From the NCBI GenBank assembly GCA_965203515.1, contig OZ241907.1:1088001-1152000 (forward strand): 64,000 nt of DNA, read 5' to 3'. How positions within the stretch are numbered: the first letter of the stretch is position 1; every line of letters begins with the position of its first letter. Positions 20,876-28,442 of this stretch are shown here, in pieces. The notes under the pieces are model-generated. The model searched no databases and was not told where the DNA came from. It saw only the letters and a program-made list of their open reading frames with translations. Both the position numbers and the translations under genes were made by a program. The DNA comes from Spirochaetia bacterium (lineage in GTDB: Bacteria; Spirochaetota; Spirochaetia; SZUA-6; Bin103).

Positions 20876-23824
20876 GTGGCGAAGGCCGAGGTCGACCCGG
20901 ACGCCCGGACGCCGACGCTGCGCTACCGCAAGAAGCTGATCGAGGTGGCGCTGCCGCTCGACGCCATCAACGCCGCCGCCGCGCGCGAGAAGTCGATCCG
21001 CCACGGCCACCCCAGCACCCTGCATCTGTGGTGGGCGCGGCGCCCGCTGGCGGCGGCCCGCGCCGTCATCTTCGCGCAGCTGGTCGACGATCCGGCCAGC
21101 CGGCCCGAGCTCTTCCCGACCGAGCAGGCGCAGGACCGGGAGCGCCGGCGGCTGTTCGACATGATCGAAGCGCTGGTCAGGTGGGAGAACACCACCAACC
21201 AGGAGGTGCTGCGGCAGGCGCGCGACGAGATCCGCGCATGCTGGCGGCGCGCCTGCGCCGACCACGCCGATCATCCGCGCGCGGCCGAGCTGTTCGACCC
21301 GGAGCGCCTGCCGGCCTTTCACGATCCGTTCGCCGGCGGCGGCGCGCTGCCGCTGGAAGCGCAGCGGCTCGGCCTGGAGGCGCATGCCGGCGACCTCAAC
21401 CCGGTGGCGGTGCTGATCAACAAGGCGATGATCGAGCTGCCGCCGAAGTTCGCCGGGCGCCCGCCGGCGCACCCGGAGGCGCGGTCGAAGCCGGAGTTGG
21501 TCGCCCGTCGGGAATGGACCGGCGCGCGCGGCCTGGCGGAGGACGTACGCCGCTACGGGCGCTGGATGCGGGAGGAGGCGGAGCGGCGCATCGGGCATCT
21601 CTACCCCAAGGTCGCGGTGACCGACGAGATGGTGCGGGAGCGCCCCGATCTGAAGCGGTACGCCGGGCGGGAGCTGACCGTGATCGCGTGGCTGTGGGCG
21701 CGCACGGTGAGGAGCCCGAACCCGGCGTTCGGGCAGATGGAGGTGCCGCTGGTCTCGACCTTCATGCTGTCGACCAAGCAGGGCAGGCAAGCGTACGTCG
21801 AGCCGGTGGTCGGCCCGGACGGCTACCGGTTCACGGTCAAGGTCGGCGCGCCGCCGGACGCGGCGGCGGCCAGGGCCGGCACCAAGCTGGCGCGCGGAGC
21901 CAACTTCCGCTGCCTGGTGTCGGGCGTGCCGATCCCGCCGGACTACATCAAGGCCGAGGGCATGGCCGGCCGCATGGGCGCGCGGCTGCTGGCTATCGTC
22001 GCGGAGGGCGATCGAGGCCGAGTGTATCTGGCGCCGACCGCTGAGCATGAGACCGCGGCATCGCGTATGCAGCCGGAGTGGAAGCCAGAGGGAAGTGTTC
22101 CTGAACGGCTCACTGGCGGCACCTGTTACGCTTACGGCCTCACCACGTTCGGCGACCTGTTCACGCCCCGGCAGCTCGTCGCGCTGAACACGTTCACCGA
22201 TCTGGTTGCCGAAGCGCGCGAGCGCGTCGGGCAGGACGCCGGCGCCGCCGGCATGCCCGACGACGGCCGGCCCTTCCACGCCGGCGGCACCGGCGCCACC
22301 GCCTACGCCGACGCGATCGGCGTCTATCTGGCGTTCGCCATCTCGAAATTGGCCGATCGGGGATCGAGCATCTGCACGTGGTTTACCGAACGGGACTCGA
22401 CCAGGAACACGTTCGCTCGGCAGAGCATCCCCATGACCTGGGACCATGCCGAGCTGAACATGCTCCTCGACGGTACCGGCAGCTTCGCCGGCGCCGTCGA
22501 GTGGACGGCGGAAAGCACCGACTGCCTGGCATCGGTCTCCGGTGGCGATCGCGGATCGGCGCAGCTGGCCGATGCCGGCGTTCAGACCCTGAGCGCCGGC
22601 AAGATCGTCTCCACCGATCCGCCCTACTACGACAACATCGGCTACGCTGATCTCTCTGACTTCTTCTACGTCTGGCTGCGGCGTTCGCTGCGATCGGTCT
22701 TCCCGGATCTGTTCGCCACGATGATGGTCCCGAAGGCCGAGGAGCTGGTCGCCACTCCCTATCGGCACGGCACCCGGGCGCAGGCCGAAGCGTTCTTCAT
22801 GACCGGCATGACGCAGGCGCTGGAGCGGCTGGCCCGGCAGGCGCACCCCGGCTTCCCGGTGACGATCTACTACGCGTTCAAGCAGGCGGAGCGCCGCGAC
22901 GACCGCGGCGTCTCCAGCACCGGCTGGGAGACGTTTCTGGAAGCCGTGATCGCCGCCGGCTTCGCCATCACCGGCACGTGGCCGATGCGCACCGAGCTCG
23001 GCAACCGGATGGTCGGCAGGGGAGCGAACGCGCTCGCCTCCAGTATCGTCCTGGTCTGCCGGCGTCGGCCGGACGATGCGCCGCTCGGTACCCGCCGGCG
23101 GCTCATGGAGGCCATGAAGGCGGAACTGCCGCCGGCGCTGGCCCACCTGCAGCGCGGCAACGTCGCGCCGGTCGACCTCGCGCAGGCCGCCATCGGACCC
23201 GGCATGGCGATCTTCACCCGCTACGCCAAGGTGCTGCACACCGGCGGCGACCGCGTCACCGTCCGCGAGGCGCTCGCCCTCATCAATCGGACGCTCGACG
23301 AGATACTGGCCGCGCAGGAGGGCGACTTCGACGTTGACAGCCGCTGGGCGCTGGCGTGGTTCGACCAGCACGGCTTCGAGGCCGGCGACTACGGCAGCGC
23401 GGAGACGCTGTCCAAGGCCAAGAACACCAGCGTGAGCGGCCTGGCGCAGGCCGGCATCCTGCATGCGCAGGCCGGCCGGGTGCGGCTGCTGCGGCCGGAC
23501 GAGTTGCCGGACGGCTGGGACCCGGCCAAGGACGAGCGGCTCACCACCTGGGGGGCGGTGCACCACCTGATCCGGGTCAAGGACCGGAGCGGGGAAGAGG
23601 CGGCGGCGCGGCTGCTGCACCGGCTGGCAGTGGTTGCCGGCGCGGCGCGCGAGCTCTGCTACCGGCTGTACGCGGTCTGCGAGCGCAAGCAGCGCGCGGC
23701 CGAAGCGCTCGACTACAACGGGCTGGTGAAGAGCTGGCCGGAGCTCGCCCGGCTCGCGGTGCGGGAAGCCGGCGTGCAGGCCGCACTGTTCGACGGCGAA
23801 CCGCCCGCTACGCCGCCCCGGTAG
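20876..23824 (+). CDS. DUF1156-domain amino (probably N6-adenine) DNA methyltransferase
   Basis: KKLIEVALPL, HPSTLHLWWARRPLA, SAM motif DPFAGGG, catalytic TDPPYYD, GWETFL, NALASSIVLVCR. Confidence 0.92.
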   Translation: MAKAEVDPDARTPTLRYRKKLIEVALPLDAINAAAAREKSIRHGHPSTLHLWWARRPLAAARAVIFAQLVDDPASRPELFPTEQAQDRERRRLFDMIEALVRWENTTNQEVLRQARDEIRACWRRACADHADHPRAAELFDPERLPAFHDPFAGGGALPLEAQRLGLEAHAGDLNPVAVLINKAMIELPPKFAGRPPAHPEARSKPELVARREWTGARGLAEDVRRYGRWMREEAERRIGHLYPKVAVTDEMVRERPDLKRYAGRELTVIAWLWARTVRSPNPAFGQMEVPLVSTFMLSTKQGRQAYVEPVVGPDGYRFTVKVGAPPDAAAARAGTKLARGANFRCLVSGVPIPPDYIKAEGMAGRMGARLLAIVAEGDRGRVYLAPTAEHETAASRMQPEWKPEGSVPERLTGGTCYAYGLTTFGDLFTPRQLVALNTFTDLVAEARERVGQDAGAAGMPDDGRPFHAGGTGATAYADAIGVYLAFAISKLADRGSSICTWFTERDSTRNTFARQSIPMTWDHAELNMLLDGTGSFAGAVEWTAESTDCLASVSGGDRGSAQLADAGVQTLSAGKIVSTDPPYYDNIGYADLSDFFYVWLRRSLRSVFPDLFATMMVPKAEELVATPYRHGTRAQAEAFFMTGMTQALERLARQAHPGFPVTIYYAFKQAERRDDRGVSSTGWETFLEAVIAAGFAITGTWPMRTELGNRMVGRGANALASSIVLVCRRRPDDAPLGTRRRLMEAMKAELPPALAHLQRGNVAPVDLAQAAIGPGMAIFTRYAKVLHTGGDRVTVREALALINRTLDEILAAQEGDFDVDSRWALAWFDQHGFEAGDYGSAETLSKAKNTSVSGLAQAGILHAQAGRVRLLRPDELPDGWDPAKDERLTTWGAVHHLIRVKDRSGEEAAARLLHRLAVVAGAARELCYRLYAVCERKQRAAEALDYNGLVKSWPELARLAVREAGVQAALFDGEPPATPPR

Positions 23825-24093
23825 CCGAACGGGTCCGCCGCTGGGCCGCGGCCGTCATGCTGCAGCCCCTGCATCGGCTCCTTCATCGGCGGCCGGCCGG
23901 TTTCGAGGGCGCGCAAGCGAGCGTCGAGGGCGTGCAACTTGGCGGTTTCGAGGGCGTGCAGCTTGGCGTCGGTGCCGGTTTCGAGGGCGCGCAAGCGCTC
24001 GTCGAGCCGGCGGAACCCGGACACGAGGGCGACGGTAACGGTGACGCTTACCGCGACGATGGCGACGACGACGGCGATCCATTCTGCAGACAC
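23713..24093 (-). CDS. Small N-terminally membrane-anchored coiled-coil repeat protein
   Basis: AGGAAG RBS and TTGACA at 24145-24140; TM segment WIAVVVAIVAVSVTVTVALV, then RLRALET/KLHALET repeats; 3' end overlaps the methylase antisense. Confidence 0.6.
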   Translation of the reverse strand: MSAEWIAVVVAIVAVSVTVTVALVSGFRRLDERLRALETGTDAKLHALETAKLHALDARLRALETGRPPMKEPMQGLQHDGRGPAADPFGYRGGVAGGSPSNSAACTPASRTASRASSGQLFTSPL

Positions 24094-24165
24094 GTGAGCT
24101 TCCTGTGCGGCCGACTCGGTCTCGATCGACCGGCCGCTGTGTCAAGTCATCGACGATGAAGTGTA

Positions 24166-24217
24166 ACCGGATGGGAGAGGTTCTGGAAGCCGTGATCGAC
24201 GCCGGCTATCGCCATCA
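24166..24217 (+). repeat. Degenerate 52-bp copy of methylase-internal sequence 22919-22970
   Basis: Shares TTCTGGAAGCCGTGATCG.CGCCGGCT.TCGCCATCA; 3 substitutions and 2 single-base indels by eye. Confidence 0.8.
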
Positions 24218-24238
24218 GTGACCGTCACCGACGCTACG

Positions 24239-24658
24239 CATGCCTTCACGGTGGCCAAGGCGATGGAGACGATCTGCTCTCCGACATCCAGGGCTCCCTC
24301 GCCGGCGCCATCGAGGAGGGCGTGCCGTTCGAGCAGTGGCGCCAGGAGATGACCGAGCGCTCGGCCAGCGCGGCTGGTGGGGCTATCAGGTGGAGGGCGA
24401 ACCCGACGAGGAGCAGCGCGCCAAGCTGGAGGCCAACCTCAGCCGGCGGCTGCAGACCATCTGGCACGTGAACGTCACCCAGGCGTGTACGTCGCGTGGC
24501 GCTCCGGGGACGCGGCGCTGCTCTCGCAGATCGACGAGGATCTCGGGGACGACTCAGACCTCGTGTCACTCCGCCAATGGCCGTATGCGGAGTTCTTGCC
24601 GATCGCGCTGCAGTTCGATATGCTGTTCGAACGGGTCGGATGGCTGAAGAGAACGTAG
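24239..24658 (+). pseudogene. Phage Mu gpF (MuF) head-morphogenesis protein fragment, frameshifted
   Basis: Across frames: HAFTVAKAME / DLLSDIQGSLAGAIEEGVPFEQWRQEM / LGQRGWWG..SRRLQTIWHVN; no start codon; unrelated tail ends at TAG 24658. Confidence 0.7.
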
Positions 24659-24888
24659 ACAGCGACTACCACGGGCGCCCCTATCGCCGCCGCCGCCTCA
24701 CCCTCGAGGAGATCATGCAGCAGCCCCTGCCGCCGGAGCAGTGGGACCTGATGGTGCGGCTGCCGGACGGCAGCTTGGCCGTCGCCGCCCGCGGCGGCTG
24801 GTATGTCTTCGACGAGGAACAGGCGCAGCCGGACTTCGACCGCCCGATAAGTCGCCCATCCTGGCGAAGGCCTGCGCCGACGCCGTGA
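24640..24888 (+). CDS. Small hypothetical protein (82 aa) overlapping the MuF tail
   Basis: ATG 24640, MAEENVDSDYHGRPY..; GC3-rich codons. Confidence 0.45.
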   Translation: MAEENVDSDYHGRPYRRRRLTLEEIMQQPLPPEQWDLMVRLPDGSLAVAARGGWYVFDEEQAQPDFDRPISRPSWRRPAPTP

Positions 24889-25049
24889 CCCTGGCCGCCC
24901 AGAGGTTCGAGGCTGCCCTGGAGACCCTGACCCGCAACCTCGCCTCGGAGCTGGCCGTACCCGACCTCGAACGCGCCTGCGCCGATGCTCGCGCCAAGAT
25001 CACGGCGGCCGTCGCCGAGCAGAGAACCACCCGCCCGTAAGCGCATCGA

Positions 25050-25081
25050 GCCCAAATCGGAAACCGGTTTCCGATTTGGGC
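25050..25081. repeat. Perfect 32-bp palindrome with no spacer
   Basis: GCCCAAATCGGAAACC|GGTTTCCGATTTGGGC. Confidence 0.95.
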
Positions 25082-25142
25082 CGCCACCGCCGTCCGGGTC
25101 ACTCGGCGGCGGCCTCATCGATCACGTCTGATGCCGCGCGGT

Positions 25143-25325
25143 CTATCTCGCTGCCGGCCAGCGCGTCAGTGACTCCTGCCGCGTCGCCGGCGCTTTCGAC
25201 CACCTCCCTGCTGATCGCGAGCGGCCATTCTCGACCGCCGATATGACGGTGTGGTCATAGCGATCCCCCATCTCGGCTGCCAAGTCGACCTGCTTCAGCC
25301 CCGCGGCCCTCCGGGCGGCGGTCAT
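25143..25325 (-). pseudogene. Truncated XRE/Cro-CI helix-turn-helix regulator
   Basis: (LGER)MTAARRAAGLKQVDLAAEMG..HTVISAVENGRS; similarity is lost after the recognition helix. Confidence 0.65.
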
Positions 25326-25352
25326 ACGCTCACCGAGCCGGCCCGGCAGCTT

Positions 25353-25380
25353 CGCGGCGGACCCGTTCGGGTCCGCCGCG
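25353..25380 (-). terminator. GC-rich hairpin immediately 3' of tRNA-Glu
   Basis: 12-bp stem CGCGGCGGACCC/GGGTCCGCCGCG with 4-nt loop; no U tract. Confidence 0.55.
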
Positions 25381-25381
25381 C

Positions 25382-25453
25382 TAGCCCCTAGGGGAATCGA
25401 ACCCCTCTTTCGAGAATGAGAGTCTCGCGTCCTGGCCGATAGACGAAGGGGCC
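25382..25453 (-). tRNA. tRNA-Glu(CTC), CCA not encoded
   Basis: Acceptor GGCCCCT/AGGGGCT, anticodon arm CGAGA-CTCTCAT-TCTCG, T arm AGGGG-TTCGATT-CCCCT. Confidence 0.96.
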
Positions 25454-25466
25454 GGTCGATGACCAG

Positions 25467-25495
25467 ATCATCGCACGTGCCCGCCGGAGAGTCAA
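25467..25495 (-). promoter_or_regulatory. Sigma70-like promoter of tRNA-Glu
   Basis: TTGACT, 17 nt, GATGAT preceded by TGn. Confidence 0.6.
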
Positions 25496-25750
25496 GCCGA
25501 ACACGGGGCCGCTTCCGTGCGGGCATGCAGGTAAGCGTCGGGGGCTGGCGCTTCCTCGAAAACATGAGGCGGCGGGGAGGTCAGAGGAGCGGCGATTGGC
25601 TGCCTTTCGTCGATTTACCAGGAAAAACTGGTTCTCACGGGATGGTCGACGGGACGGGTGCGGCCGGGCCGCGGCGGTTGGTGACGACCGCCGCTTCGCC
25701 TTCGATACCCCTCCTGGTAAGGTGCATGCCGCCATCGAAGAGACGAACCG

Positions 25751-27235
25751 ATGAGACGGGTGGTGGTGATCGGCGCCGGCTTCGGCGGTCTGGCGGCGGC
25801 CGCGCTGCTGGCCAAGGACGGGTTCGACGTGACCGTCCTGGAACGCAACGATCAGCCCGGCGGCCGCGCCATGCTCTACCGCGAGGGCGGCTTCTCGTTC
25901 GACATGGGGCCGTCGTGGTACCTGCTGCCGGACGTGTTCGAGCGGTTCTTCGCCCGCTTCGGCAGCGCTCCGACCGATCACTACGGCCTGACGCGGCTCG
26001 ATCCGGCCTACCGGGTCTTCTTCGACGACGGGCGGCCCACGGACGTGGCCGCCGACCTGCAGCGCAACCTCGATCTCTTCGAACGCATCGAGCCGGGCGG
26101 CGCCGGCGCGCTGCGCCGCTACCTGGCGCGCTCGGAGTATCAGTACCGCGCGGCGATGGAACGGTTCATCTACCGCGACTACCGCGGCGCGGGCGACCTG
26201 CTGGATCGGGAACTGATCGCCCACGGCATCCACCTGCGCCTCTTCGGCCGCATGGACCGGCTGGTGGCGCGCGCGTTCCGCGACGATCGGCTGCGCAAGC
26301 TGTTGACCTACAACCTGGTCTTCCTGGGCTGCTCGCCAAGCCGCGCGCCGGCCCTCTACGCGTTGATGGCGCACGCCGACTTCAACCTGGGCGTCTGGTA
26401 TCCGCGCGGCGGCATGAACGGGGTGGCCCGCAGCCTGTACCGCCTGGCGAAAGGGCAGGGGGCGCGGTTCGTGTTCGACTCCCCGGTGACCGCGATCCGG
26501 CTGCGCGGCCGGCGGGCGACCGCAGTCGATTCGGCCACCGGGCGCTATCCGGCCGATGCGGTGCTGGCCAACGCCGACTACCACCACGTGGAGCGGACGC
26601 TGCTGCCGGCCGGGGCGCGCTCCTACTCGACGCGCTACTGGGCGCGGCGCGTGGTGGCGCCGTCGGCGTGCATCGTCTATCTCGGCCTGGACAAGCGGGT
26701 GCCGGCGCTGGCCCACCACAACCTGTTGCTGCAGAACGGGTGGGACGAGCACTTCCGCAGCATCTTCGAGCGGCCGGCGTGGCCCGAGCGGCCCGCGCTA
26801 TACGTCTGCCGCCCGTCCGCCACCGATCCCGCGGTGGCGCCGGCGGGGAGCGAGAACCTGTTCCTGATGATGCCGGCGGCCGCCGGACTGCGGGACGACG
26901 ATGCCGCCCGCGAGCGGTGCCTCGGCATGATGCTCGGCGCGCTGGAACGCACGATCGGGGAGCGGATCGAGGGGGCGGTCCGCGTGCGCCGCCTGTTCAC
27001 GCACCGCGACTTCACCGCTACCTTCAACGCCTTCCGCGGCACCGCCCTGGGGTTGGCTCACACGCTGCTGCAGACGGCGTTCCTGCGGCCTGCGATCCAG
27101 AGCGGACGGGTCGCCAATCTGTTCTTCGCCGGCCAGTACACGACGCCCGGGATCGGCGTGCCGATGACGCTGATCGCCGCCGCCATCGCGCGCGGCCGCA
27201 TGGTCGCGGCGGCGGGACGGCGGGCGCATGCCTGA
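25751..27235 (+). CDS. crtI: Phytoene desaturase
   Basis: VIGAGFGGLAAA, FDMGPSWY, YPRGGM, ALGLAHTLLQTAFLRP, GQYTTPGIGVPM. Confidence 0.93.
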   Translation: MRRVVVIGAGFGGLAAAALLAKDGFDVTVLERNDQPGGRAMLYREGGFSFDMGPSWYLLPDVFERFFARFGSAPTDHYGLTRLDPAYRVFFDDGRPTDVAADLQRNLDLFERIEPGGAGALRRYLARSEYQYRAAMERFIYRDYRGAGDLLDRELIAHGIHLRLFGRMDRLVARAFRDDRLRKLLTYNLVFLGCSPSRAPALYALMAHADFNLGVWYPRGGMNGVARSLYRLAKGQGARFVFDSPVTAIRLRGRRATAVDSATGRYPADAVLANADYHHVERTLLPAGARSYSTRYWARRVVAPSACIVYLGLDKRVPALAHHNLLLQNGWDEHFRSIFERPAWPERPALYVCRPSATDPAVAPAGSENLFLMMPAAAGLRDDDAARERCLGMMLGALERTIGERIEGAVRVRRLFTHRDFTATFNAFRGTALGLAHTLLQTAFLRPAIQSGRVANLFFAGQYTTPGIGVPMTLIAAAIARGRMVAAAGRRAHA

Positions 27236-28058
27236 TCCGCGCCTGGTGCGCATCTTCCGTCGCGGCAGCAGGACCTACTTCTTCTCCAGCATCGCCTTTC
27301 CGCCGGCGCTGCGCGACGACGTGTCCGCGCTCTACGCGTTCGTGCGCACCGCCGACGACTTCGTCGATCGGCCCCCCGGCCGGCAGGACGGGGCGGGCTT
27401 CGACCGCTTTCGGGAGCGCTACGCGGCAGCGGCCGCCGGGCGCGCCGGCGGCGACCCGGTCATCGACGCCTTCGTGGAGTTGGCCGCGCGCCGGCGCTTC
27501 CGCGCCGACTGGGTGGAGGCGTTCCTCGACGCGATGGCGCAGGACCTCACGCAGACCGACTACGCGACCGTCGCCGACACGCTGGCCTACGCGTACGGGA
27601 GCGCCGAGGTGATCGGGCTGATGATGGCGGCGATCATGGAGCTGCCGGACGAGGCGTACCGGCCGGCGCGCATGCTCGGACGCGCGATGCAGTACATCAA
27701 CTTCATCCGCGACATAGCCGAGGACCTCGACCTGGGGCGCACCTATCTGCCGGCGGAGGCGCTGGCGTCCGCCGGGCTGCGCAGCCTCGACCCGGCGGAG
27801 GCGAAGCGCCGGGCGCCGGCGTTCCGCCGCTTCGTGCGGGGCGAGATCGACCGCTACCTCGGCTGGCAGCGGGCCGCCGACGCCGGCTTTCACTTCATCC
27901 CCCGCCGCCCGCGGGTGGCGATCCGCACCGCCTCCGACATGTACCGCTGGACCGCCGACCGGATTCGCGCGGAGCCGCTGATCGTCTACCGGCGCAAGGT
28001 GCGGCCGTCGCCGGCCCGCATCCTGGCGGCCGTCATGGCCGGCGCGGTGCGCGCCTGA
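27228..28058 (+). CDS. crtB: Phytoene synthase
   Basis: GSRTYFFSS, LYAFVRTADDFVD, AMQYINFIRDIAEDLDLGRTYLP. Confidence 0.93.
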   Translation: MPDPRLVRIFRRGSRTYFFSSIAFPPALRDDVSALYAFVRTADDFVDRPPGRQDGAGFDRFRERYAAAAAGRAGGDPVIDAFVELAARRRFRADWVEAFLDAMAQDLTQTDYATVADTLAYAYGSAEVIGLMMAAIMELPDEAYRPARMLGRAMQYINFIRDIAEDLDLGRTYLPAEALASAGLRSLDPAEAKRRAPAFRRFVRGEIDRYLGWQRAADAGFHFIPRRPRVAIRTASDMYRWTADRIRAEPLIVYRRKVRPSPARILAAVMAGAVRA

Positions 28059-28079
28059 GCGCGGCCGGCCGTCCGAAAG

Positions 28080-28424
28080 TGGAGGTGGCGGGAATCGAAC
28101 CCGCGTCCTGCAAGGCACCGCGCACGCTTCTACAGGTTTGTCCGGCGATTCATTGTCGACATGGACGTGAGGCCGCCGGCGACCGCGTCCCGTCCCAGCT
28201 CGCGCAAGTGTCCCCGGCGGCTTGCGAGCCGGCCGTCGGGTAAGCCCTGGTTGCAACGGGGAGGCGGGCGCTCAGGGCTGCGCTCCCGAAACCCCGTGGC
28301 TGCCTGCTCAGGCAGCCAGTGCCAGATTTTCTTCGGCAGTTAAAGAGAGTTGCCAAGTTTAAGGAGATTGGCGCTCCACCTGCAACATGCGAGACGTTCT
28401 TCCAGTCGAGCCCTGTTCACCCCC
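28080..28424 (-). ncRNA. ssrA: tmRNA; tag peptide (A)AEENLALAA encoded at 28337-28308
   Basis: 5' GGGGGTG pairs with 3' CACCTCC-A with a G3.U pair; T arm GCGGGTTCGATTCCCGC; TTAACT-GCC resume context; adjacent to smpB. Confidence 0.96.
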
Positions 28425-28442
28425 GTCGTGCGCCGCCGCCGC

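Larger units (their letters stand above)
23825..25370. repeat. 17-bp perfect inverted repeat pair bounding phage-like debris
   Basis: CCGAACGGGTCCGCCGC at 23825-23841 is the reverse complement of 25354-25370. Confidence 0.8.

Noticed and set aside
22919..24217. Template/variable repeat pair of a diversity-generating retroelement
   Set aside because: Only about 52 bp, includes indels, the target is a conserved mid-gene motif, and there is no reverse transcriptase in the window
20850..25453. Intact prophage or integrative element with att sites
   Set aside because: No integrase, no structural gene cluster and no second copy of the tRNA 3' end found
28080..28110. A second tRNA gene
   Set aside because: It is the tRNA-like 3' domain of tmRNA, pairing with 28418-28424
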